A DNA stretch of 64,000 nucleotides from a virus: positions 79,217 to 143,216 of IMG/VR virus record IMGVR_UViG_3300045974_000760; one strand, given 5' to 3'. Every line of letters begins with the position of its first letter. Within the stretch, counting starts at the first letter, position 1. The translations under genes were made by a program, and so were the position numbers. Below, piece after piece: positions 17,350-25,381 of the stretch. Under the pieces are notes generated by a model. It saw only the letters and a list, made by a program, of their open reading frames with translations, was not told the origin of the DNA and ran no database searches.

Positions 17350-17717
17350 TGGCCTTCATCATCCGCAAGCTCGATGCGCAGCACGATGACCAGCCGGTCT
17401 ATCTGGGCATCCTCGTAGGCACGGGGACACTGCACAACGTGTCTCGTGCTGACGCGAAACAATACGCGACACGGGAAGCCGCTGACGCCGCACGCGAAGT
17501 ACTCGGCGAGGTCTACGGAGCGGCAAACCTGGCCACGGAAGACGCGGACGAGCCCCCGGCCAAGACGGCTGAAGAGTTGTTCATGGAGAACCTACTCACC
17601 GCGATCGCGCTTGCCGAAGAGTGGATGCCGCAAAGCGGGAAGTTCACCCTGGAACAGATGTCCGCGCTCAGGCTCGCGATGTCTCGCGTCGTGCCACAAG
17701 CCAACCTGAAGGTCTGA
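17349..17717 (+). CDS. Hypothetical protein
   Basis: ORF in tail module. Confidence 0.65.
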   Translation: MAFIIRKLDAQHDDQPVYLGILVGTGTLHNVSRADAKQYATREAADAAREVLGEVYGAANLATEDADEPPAKTAEELFMENLLTAIALAEEWMPQSGKFTLEQMSALRLAMSRVVPQANLKV

Positions 17718-17718
17718 G

Positions 17719-19155
17719 ATGCCAACGACAGTCGGCCTGCGAAAAATCCTGGATGTGAAGGCGTGGGAGACGCTGGCACCAACGCCGGTCGCGAATACTT
17801 CCGGTATGATCTGCGTGCCATCCACCACCGCCGATCCGCACCAAGCGGTCCTGGTGGTTACTGCCCTTGCCACCGCCTGGCTGTATTACCCCGACGAGGA
17901 CGCTTGGGGAGAAATCCCGACGCCATCGCTCTCGGGCACGCTCAACCCTGCCTGTGGCGTATGGCACCCAGGTGGCCCCACCGGCACCACGACGGCCGGC
18001 ACAACTACAACCATCAGCACCAACTACACCACGATACGCTCTCTCGTCGGGTACAAGATCCGGCTCACGGGAGGCACGGGCGCGGGCCAGGAAGGGCTGA
18101 TCACAGCGCACGTAATCGGCGCCAATACTGTTTTCACAGTAGCCTCGTGGACCAACACAAGCGCTGCTGCCATCTCGGCGCCAGACGCCACAACGACGTG
18201 GCAGCTCCGCACCGGAAACTTCTATGTACTGATGGGCGGTACGACTGCGGCGGGTTCGTTCAAGCGCTTCGACATGGCCAGCTCTTCGTGGTCTGGCTCG
18301 CTTGGCGTCACGAACCTACCGGCCTCTCTTGGGACCGATATAACAATGGTAGCCGGGCATTCCACCGGCTTCATTACGACACCGAGGAAGGCAACGGCGG
18401 GTGCGGCTGCGACATTGACGGATGCTGTAGCGCCCTCCTGGACGGCAAATCAATGGGCGAACTTCCAGGTGAGAATCCTGGGGGGAACCGGCGCGGGCCA
18501 AGTTCGTACAGTCGCGTCGAACACTGCGACCGTGCTCACCGTCACCGCGAACTGGACGACGATCCCAGATACGACGAGTTACTACCAGATCGAGCCCAAT
18601 GAGGACTGGGTCTACCTACTCGGCAACGGCGCTGTCACGCTCTATCGGTACAGTATCAGCGGCAATACGTGGGCAGTCATCACGCCCAGTGTCGCGCGAA
18701 CTGCCGCACCAGGAAACCCGGCAGCAGCGTGCTTCGTCGACGGTGAGACGGCGACGGACTGGACGAGCGAGGCGGCGATCTTGAATGGCCGGCGCATCTA
18801 TTCAATGCGCGGGAATGGCACATCCAGCTTTGATATATACGACATCCCCGGCAATACCTGGCAGGCAGCACCGGCGGTCGGTGGCACAGCCGCTGTCGGG
18901 TATGGCGTCGGGTCACAGGCGATCTATTTCAACGGCACCCTGTATACCGTCAAAGATCAAACTGGCCGCGCGTATCGCACCTCACTTGGTGCAGGCCTGA
19001 TCGAGCCGCTCTCGACCATTGAATACCCATACACAACGCAGTCAAACAGCGCGCATACGTGGGGGGTGAAGTACGTCGATGGGTCTACAACCATTCCGTA
19101 CCTTTACCACTGGATTGCGGGCACTACCGTCCTTCAACGGTGCTTGTTGTTCTGA
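17719..19155 (+). CDS. Tail-associated beta-propeller-like protein
   Basis: Two GGTGAGQ repeats, LYRYSIS..TW Kelch-like blades; paralog of 19576 gene. Confidence 0.8.
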   Translation: MPTTVGLRKILDVKAWETLAPTPVANTSGMICVPSTTADPHQAVLVVTALATAWLYYPDEDAWGEIPTPSLSGTLNPACGVWHPGGPTGTTTAGTTTTISTNYTTIRSLVGYKIRLTGGTGAGQEGLITAHVIGANTVFTVASWTNTSAAAISAPDATTTWQLRTGNFYVLMGGTTAAGSFKRFDMASSSWSGSLGVTNLPASLGTDITMVAGHSTGFITTPRKATAGAAATLTDAVAPSWTANQWANFQVRILGGTGAGQVRTVASNTATVLTVTANWTTIPDTTSYYQIEPNEDWVYLLGNGAVTLYRYSISGNTWAVITPSVARTAAPGNPAAACFVDGETATDWTSEAAILNGRRIYSMRGNGTSSFDIYDIPGNTWQAAPAVGGTAAVGYGVGSQAIYFNGTLYTVKDQTGRAYRTSLGAGLIEPLSTIEYPYTTQSNSAHTWGVKYVDGSTTIPYLYHWIAGTTVLQRCLLF

Positions 19156-19183
19156 TGCCTCGCGGCGACACAGGTGATCTGAC

Positions 19184-19576
19184 ATGGGCCTGACCTACAA
19201 TCTCCGCAAAGCAGCAAATACGCAGCACCACGAGTCGCGCGCCGTGGTTCCAACTGCGCCTGGCGTCAATGGCCCGTCTGACGTAGTCACTGCGCTGGAC
19301 GGCCCATGCATCTACGCTCACGGGCGCATCTATTATTCCATATGGTGGGCCGATTACGCCTTCGAGCGGTTCATGAGGTACTCCCCATCAGCGGGCAGGT
19401 TCGATGGGTGGGGACGCTGGCCTTCGCTCGCGAGTCTTCGTGGCGGAGGAGGAGGAGGAACAAACAGGATGTTCGCAAGCCGATACGCCGACAATGGCGG
19501 TGCTGTTCTGCGTCACGTGTACTACGGCGTATCTAATGCGGCTCCGGTGTACCGGAAGCAGGAGCTTGAGGTCTGA
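19184..19576 (+). CDS. Internally truncated paralog of the flanking propeller genes
   Basis: N-terminus (NLRK...PTAP) and C-terminus (RYADNG..LR.VY.G) resemble those of its neighbours. Confidence 0.5.
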   Translation: MGLTYNLRKAANTQHHESRAVVPTAPGVNGPSDVVTALDGPCIYAHGRIYYSIWWADYAFERFMRYSPSAGRFDGWGRWPSLASLRGGGGGGTNRMFASRYADNGGAVLRHVYYGVSNAAPVYRKQELEV

Positions 19577-21012
19577 TGCCTAATATCTTCGGTCTACGCA
19601 ATGGTCTGTACACCCCGAAAACGGAGACGATGTGCGCGCTACCCACTGCCGCAGCTTTCGGCAACGGGTCGAGTGTATGCGGAACACACTACTCTGACCC
19701 GTTTCAGCCGATAATTCAGCTGGCCACCAGTACGCTCGCGTTTCTGTACAACCCGCGCGCCGACGGCTGGGTGAACATAACGAATCCAGCGTTTACAGGC
19801 ACGCTCTCGGTCGCGGACATAACATGGAATCCAAATGGTCCGACAGGGACGGTGAGCGCGGCCACCCCCAATAGCATCACTACGAACTACACGAGCGCGC
19901 GAGATCTGCGCCAGTACAGCATCCGGATCACGGCAGGAGCCGGCAAGGGCCAAGAGCGCGTTGTCAGCTACAACACGATCGGTGCAGGCGCGATATTTAC
20001 GGTCACGCAACCGTGGGATATACAGCCTGATGCAACCTCTACGTGGGTGCTCCGCACAGGGCGCTTCTACGTATTCGCGTCGACCGGGACGGTTATCGGG
20101 TTCAAATACTTCGATGTCGCGTCGATGTCTTGGGCATCGCTGTCGACGACGGGGGTGCCGAGCACGTGGGTTACGAGCGCGGCAGTATGCGCTCCGCATT
20201 GCTCCGTATTCGCGACGAATAGCCCGTCCGGGGCCATTACAGGAGGCGCATCTACGATTACCGATGCTGGCAAGAACTGGCTAACCAATCAGTGGTCGAA
20301 CCAGCAGGTACGAATCACCAGTGGTGCAGGCGCGGGCCAGACGCGCACGATCTCCAGCAACACGCCGACCACCCTCACGGTGTCGCTAGCCTGGACAATC
20401 CAGCCTGACAGCTCTTCCGTCTACGGGATCGGCGCGAACGAAGACTACATCTATTTGGTGGGCAACGGTGCGGGCGTACTTTACCGATACTCGATCAGCT
20501 CAGATACGTGGGTAACACTGTCGCCCGTCGTTGCCCGTGCCACCAGCGCAGCTGCGGGATGCTCCCTCACAAGCGTTGATCAGGAGACCGACCCTCTTTG
20601 GACCGACGAAACGAACTACTTGAATGGTCGTTACTTGTATAGCTTTCGCGGCGGCGGAACGGATAGCCTTACGTACTACGATGTTGCGTTCAATACTTGG
20701 TACAATGACGCCATTGCCGGCGGGGGGAACCCTATAAGCTATGCTGGCCGCGTAGCGTTTACGACTGGCGCTTCCTACGTGTACCAAGCCGGCACGCTGT
20801 ACGCGCAGGTCGGAGGATTGGGTGCGTTGTACAAGTTCTATCCTGCACAAAGCTTCATGGAGCCTTGGCTGAGCGTATCCACGACAACTCTCAGCGCGGT
20901 CAACGGGAAGAAGATGGCTGTCATTCGCTACGTCTCAGGAAACACCATTCTGAAGTTCGTCTACACGGGCCTGGGTGGTCTTACGAACTTTCTCAGAATC
21001 CAAGACATCTGA
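19576..21012 (+). CDS. Tail-associated beta-propeller-like protein
   Basis: Colinear with the 17719 gene; both 478 aa. Confidence 0.8.
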   Translation: MPNIFGLRNGLYTPKTETMCALPTAAAFGNGSSVCGTHYSDPFQPIIQLATSTLAFLYNPRADGWVNITNPAFTGTLSVADITWNPNGPTGTVSAATPNSITTNYTSARDLRQYSIRITAGAGKGQERVVSYNTIGAGAIFTVTQPWDIQPDATSTWVLRTGRFYVFASTGTVIGFKYFDVASMSWASLSTTGVPSTWVTSAAVCAPHCSVFATNSPSGAITGGASTITDAGKNWLTNQWSNQQVRITSGAGAGQTRTISSNTPTTLTVSLAWTIQPDSSSVYGIGANEDYIYLVGNGAGVLYRYSISSDTWVTLSPVVARATSAAAGCSLTSVDQETDPLWTDETNYLNGRYLYSFRGGGTDSLTYYDVAFNTWYNDAIAGGGNPISYAGRVAFTTGASYVYQAGTLYAQVGGLGALYKFYPAQSFMEPWLSVSTTTLSAVNGKKMAVIRYVSGNTILKFVYTGLGGLTNFLRIQDI

Positions 21013-21015
21013 GCC

Positions 21016-22206
21016 ATGCTCCTCGACCTCTACCCAGCGTACGGTCTGCAAATCACCTACTGCTCCGCCAGTCTGGCGGCGCAAGCTACGATCAGTGCAG
21101 CCGCCCTGCGGTCGAGTCGTGTCTCTTCTTCGCTCGAGGTGCGGGCCGAGACATCCGTCACCGCACTCAGTCTGCGCTACTGCTCTGCCTCCCTCGAGGT
21201 GCGCGCAACCATCAGTGCTGCCGCTCTTCGTTCCATGTTCGGCACGGCCAGCCTGGAGGTTCAAGCCACCCTGGCCTGCGCCGCTCTTCGCTCCTCGCTC
21301 ACGAGCTCTACGCTCGAAGCCAAGGCGTACACCACCGCCTCCATCCTCCGCTCCACGCTCGCCTCCTCCAGCCTCGAGGCCCGTGCCAGCACCTCAGCAG
21401 CCGCCCTACGTTCGGTGTTCGGTACGAGCTCACTCGAGGTGCAGTGCTCCACCTCTGCCTCCGTTCTGAGCTCCAGCCTCGTCTCCACAACGTTCGAAGC
21501 GCGGGCTGAGACATCCGTTGTCCCTCTACGTTCTAGCCTGGGCCGCACCTCGCTTGATGCTGCCGCCTATCTGAGTTGTACCGCACTGCGGGTGACGTAT
21601 TGCTCGAGCGCTCTCGAGGTACAAGCCTTCCTCGCTGCCAACGCGTTTCGAACAACACTCGTCTCCACCTCTCTCGAATGTATCGCAACGTGGAGTGCTG
21701 TCGGTCTTCGCTCTACCCTCGTCTCAACCAGCCTCGAGACAGAGTGCACCACCAGCGTTGTTGCCCTACGCTCTTGTCTGGGCTCCACGACGCTCGAGGT
21801 ACAAGCCGAGCTCTCGGGCGTTGGTACGCGGTTCGGTTCCGACATCAGCTCGAAGATTGTCTGCGCGCTCATAGAGCCACAGTTCTATTCGGCGGTCACC
21901 GCACTTCAACTCCTCGAGGGTCTCGTTGTAGCTCTCCCAGCAGTCGCTGCTGTTGAGGTGAGAACCGCTACGGCGGTGACATCATGCGTGCCTCGATACA
22001 CCGCGACGTCCATCTACAGCAGGTCGGTGTGTGCGGTGTACCTGCGCGTCTTCGAGGCGGTGATTGAGCCGGTGCGAATGGCGGCGGCGACGGAGGTGAT
22101 CGATACCATCGGCTGCCCGCGCGTGGTAGCAGCCCCGCCGTATACCGCCTCGGTGAGCGCACAGGTATACTCAGCCACCTCCGTTCAACGAAAGTCAGGC
22201 CGATGA
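21016..22206 (+). CDS. Ser/Ala/Thr-rich tandem-repeat virion protein
   Basis: About 12 imperfect copies of a roughly 21-aa unit SxSLEVxAxxSxxALRS. Confidence 0.75.
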   Translation: MLLDLYPAYGLQITYCSASLAAQATISAAALRSSRVSSSLEVRAETSVTALSLRYCSASLEVRATISAAALRSMFGTASLEVQATLACAALRSSLTSSTLEAKAYTTASILRSTLASSSLEARASTSAAALRSVFGTSSLEVQCSTSASVLSSSLVSTTFEARAETSVVPLRSSLGRTSLDAAAYLSCTALRVTYCSSALEVQAFLAANAFRTTLVSTSLECIATWSAVGLRSTLVSTSLETECTTSVVALRSCLGSTTLEVQAELSGVGTRFGSDISSKIVCALIEPQFYSAVTALQLLEGLVVALPAVAAVEVRTATAVTSCVPRYTATSIYSRSVCAVYLRVFEAVIEPVRMAAATEVIDTIGCPRVVAAPPYTASVSAQVYSATSVQRKSGR

Positions 22207-22586
22207 GCAACTACGCAATGTTCCGAGGGGACTCCCTCACACTCGCAGTCTTGATCACTCAGACCATCGACAGCGTGAAGGTGCCGGTAGACCTGACGGG
22301 CGCGACTGTATGGATGACGGCCAAGCGGCACTACAAGGACACCGACCTTCAGGCGGTCTTTCAAATCAAGACGCCCACCGACATCATCCTCGACGGCGAC
22401 CCTACGACGGGGCGGTGCGTCATCATCGTTCCGGCGAGCGCGACCAAGGACATGGTGTTCGTCGAGAACGTGCTGACGCAAGAGCTCTACTTCGACATCC
22501 AGGTCAAGACGCAGCTCGGTGTCGTGCAGACGGTTGAAGTCGGCAAGCTCACTGTCTCTGTCGATATTACTAACTCCATCACCTGA
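22203..22586 (+). CDS. BppU N-terminal-like baseplate/tail protein
   Basis: RGDS...PVDLTGAT...YFDIQV...GKLTV..DIT. Confidence 0.75.
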   Translation: MSNYAMFRGDSLTLAVLITQTIDSVKVPVDLTGATVWMTAKRHYKDTDLQAVFQIKTPTDIILDGDPTTGRCVIIVPASATKDMVFVENVLTQELYFDIQVKTQLGVVQTVEVGKLTVSVDITNSIT

Positions 22587-22645
22587 TACATCTTTGCGTG
22601 ACGCGCGTGCTAATGTACGCGCGTCGGCACAACGAGGAATACACA

Positions 22646-22981
22646 ATGAGCCTGCTCTCCTTCATCAAAAGCGTAGCGCGCACCCGACTGACGGCGACAT
22701 CGATAGTGCGGGAGGCAGCCTGTGGGCCCGAGGCGCAGCAGGTCGTCGAGAGCATCCTCCGCAGGCAGCTCCCACACACCGTCGGGGCCACCGCAATTGC
22801 CGGTGGTCCGTGCCATGCGGTGTATTTCGACGCCGACTGCACCGCGACGGTGCGGCTCTCCGGCGACGCTACCGGGGTGTCCAAGGCATACCTCGGCAAG
22901 ACCTGGTATCCCGAGGCGGCCGCGTATGTCACCGCGGTCTCTCCCAGCACAAACTGCACCGTCGGGTGGTTCCAGGAATGA
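22646..22981 (+). CDS. Hypothetical virion protein
   Basis: GAGGA RBS. Confidence 0.6.
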   Translation: MSLLSFIKSVARTRLTATSIVREAACGPEAQQVVESILRRQLPHTVGATAIAGGPCHAVYFDADCTATVRLSGDATGVSKAYLGKTWYPEAAAYVTAVSPSTNCTVGWFQE

Positions 22982-23742
22982 CCGTCTGTGGCGTCGCTGC
23001 GCGCGTCGGGGCGGGGTCTGCGATGGCGTTCAGCCCGCTCTCTCTCGGCGGGGTGAGATTGTGGCTCAATGGCCGCAATCCAGGGTCTCTGTGGACTACG
23101 TCCGGGCGGAGCGCCAATGTCGCGACGCCAGGAGACCCGATCGGATGCGCCGATGACCTGTCCGGGGTGACAGGCAATGCGCGCCAAACCGGCGCGGCGC
23201 AGCGTCCCACGTGGTCAAAGTCCATCTTTACGGCCGGCGCAATCTCGCTCGATGGCGCCGACGATTTCTTGCTCGGCGCCACGGCGGTATTTCCGACCAG
23301 TATGTCCGCGCGGACCGTGTTCGCGGCATGCGTGGTGTCCAACGTCACGCAGGTGTCAACGCTTTTCACGAACCGCACCGCAGCCCGCTACCATGCGATG
23401 CAGCTGAATAATCTGAACATTTCGAGCAACGGCGCGGACACGGCATCAAATGTCCAGACAAATAACACCGTTACCGCCTCCCTATCGCGGTCAACGTACG
23501 GATTTGTGTGGCCCGGCTCGGGCGCGCCGTCTGTCTATCTCAATGGCGCGGCGCTGAATATCACCACCGGGTATCAGTGCCCGGACACGGGTACTGACGG
23601 CTATCTGGTCGGCAAATCGCCGTACCCTGGCCAGAATTTTATCGGGCAAATCGCCGAACTGGTCTGCATCGATAGGGCACTGAGCAACACAGACTTGGCA
23701 GCACTGGTGGCCTACCTCAAGAGCGCCAACGGGACCGCATGA
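22978..23742 (+). CDS. LamG/concanavalin-like domain protein
   Basis: LWL...DLSG..GNA.Q...RP...DGADD...GQIAEL...RALS...YL. Confidence 0.75.
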   Translation: MTVCGVAARVGAGSAMAFSPLSLGGVRLWLNGRNPGSLWTTSGRSANVATPGDPIGCADDLSGVTGNARQTGAAQRPTWSKSIFTAGAISLDGADDFLLGATAVFPTSMSARTVFAACVVSNVTQVSTLFTNRTAARYHAMQLNNLNISSNGADTASNVQTNNTVTASLSRSTYGFVWPGSGAPSVYLNGAALNITTGYQCPDTGTDGYLVGKSPYPGQNFIGQIAELVCIDRALSNTDLAALVAYLKSANGTA

Positions 23743-24140
23743 CACTCTACAATCGTCGCATTATCGGAATCGTCCGCACAGACCTAGTGACCGCGGTCAA
23801 TGCTGGTATTTTCTCGATCCTCGGCGAAGGCTACGAGTCCAACCTCACCGTGGCTCTCTCCGCAACAGGCGAGGAACCAGCCACCCACTACGCCGGATCG
23901 GCGCAGATGCCAGAAGCCCAGCGCGATCTCGTCGTCGGTCTCATGAATCCGGCCGCTGGCGTATACGGATTCCCTGGCTGGGCCGATGGCGTGGATACAG
24001 ACGAGACAGCCGTGAAGGTGACAGACCCCGCCAATATGCCGACACCCGTTGGAGAGCAGCGCGTCGTGTGGGATTTCGACGCCGCATGCGCCTCGCTTGG
24101 CCTTCGGCGCGTGCTGCCCAAGATGCCCTGGATGACATGA
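23739..24140 (+). CDS. Hypothetical protein
   Basis: Coupled ORF. Confidence 0.65.
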   Translation: MTLYNRRIIGIVRTDLVTAVNAGIFSILGEGYESNLTVALSATGEEPATHYAGSAQMPEAQRDLVVGLMNPAAGVYGFPGWADGVDTDETAVKVTDPANMPTPVGEQRVVWDFDAACASLGLRRVLPKMPWMT

Positions 24141-24295
24141 CCGAATACGAGCAAGCCCTGGAACGGGGGCGGATCCTGGATAGAAGGATCGAAGCGCAGG
24201 AGCGGCATGTCAAGGCGTTCGCCGTGCTGGTCGGCATGTACGCTGCACTGGTGCTCGGCTACAGCGCGGTGGTTCTACACTACGTCCTCATTTTA
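24137..24295 (+). CDS. Small membrane protein (ends at TTA)
   Basis: C-terminal TM helix ends at TTA 24293-24295, upstream of the next gene's -10 box. Confidence 0.55.
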
Positions 24296-24338
24296 CGCCG
24301 CCTTCTACAAGCGGTGCCGGTCAAGTACCCTGAGAGGC

Positions 24339-24881
24339 ATGACCCTCTCAGATCTCCTCCACGACATCAAGGTCGAGTTCCCGGGCTTTCGTCTCATGCC
24401 CAAAAGCGACTCGACCTTCATGAGCGTGCTCCACGTGCTCCTGACCATCATCACGCTCGGCGGGGCGCGTAAGAGCTTCATGGAGGATTACGTCACCACC
24501 ATCGGCAACACCATCTACATCCCCAACGGCTGGGGTTTGATCTCCGCGGAAGAGAAGGTTGTCCTTCTCCGTCACGAGCGCGTGCACCTTCGTCAGGCGC
24601 GCAAGTACGGAGCCTTCCTGTTCGCCTTTCTCTACCTCTGCTTCCCTCTGCCGCTCGTCTTCGCCTACTACCGCGCGAAGTTCGAGAAGGAGGCGTACGA
24701 GGAGAGCATGCGGGCTGATGCAGAGCAGTACGGCCTCACCGTCCTCAACGACAGCTACAAGGCCTTCATCCTCCGTCAGTTCACGGGCCCGATGTACGGT
24801 TGGATGTGGCCCTTCAAGGCGGGCATTGAAACGTGGTACAACGACACCGTGAAACGCGTGAGCAAGGAGCTGTCCCGATGA
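24339..24881 (+). CDS. HExxH zinc metallopeptidase-like protein
   Basis: TTIGNTIY...LRHERVHLRQ...FEKEAY. Confidence 0.75.
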   Translation: MTLSDLLHDIKVEFPGFRLMPKSDSTFMSVLHVLLTIITLGGARKSFMEDYVTTIGNTIYIPNGWGLISAEEKVVLLRHERVHLRQARKYGAFLFAFLYLCFPLPLVFAYYRAKFEKEAYEESMRADAEQYGLTVLNDSYKAFILRQFTGPMYGWMWPFKAGIETWYNDTVKRVSKELSR

Positions 24882-25381
24882 CCCCCGAGATGCAGGCAGT
24901 GATGAGCGGTTTTTTCGATGAGATGAGCAAGCTCGCAGAGGGCGAAGAGAGCTTTCTTGACCGGCACGGTCACCACGTAGGTACCGCGGCCCAAGGTGCC
25001 ATAGCAGGTGGCTTCTTCGGGCACGAACTCGGAGGTACGCGTGGCGCGGCTTTGGGTGCGACGCTCGGAGGGTTGTACGGCGGCGGGGCCACCGAGCTCA
25101 TGACCCGCGCACATCGAAATGCCATCCTCAGCGCCAACGACGACGAGCTGTTGAAGTCGCGTGAGAAGCTGCAGAACTTGCCCCGTAACAACGCCATACT
25201 CGGAACACTCGGGGGCGCAGGCCTCGGGTACGGGTACGGTAAGGGCTCTCCCGTGGCTGCGGGCATTGGCGCCACAATCGGCGGGTTGACCGGGTACGCG
25301 GTGGGGCGCGGCACACGCGCTCAGAACACGAAGAACATCGATAACCTGTTGGCATCGCGGGCAGAAGAAGGAGAGCACTGA
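24878..25381 (+). CDS. Glycine-zipper protein with GFFDEMSKLA leader
   Basis: GxxxG repeats. Confidence 0.75.
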   Translation: MTPEMQAVMSGFFDEMSKLAEGEESFLDRHGHHVGTAAQGAIAGGFFGHELGGTRGAALGATLGGLYGGGATELMTRAHRNAILSANDDELLKSREKLQNLPRNNAILGTLGGAGLGYGYGKGSPVAAGIGATIGGLTGYAVGRGTRAQNTKNIDNLLASRAEEGEH

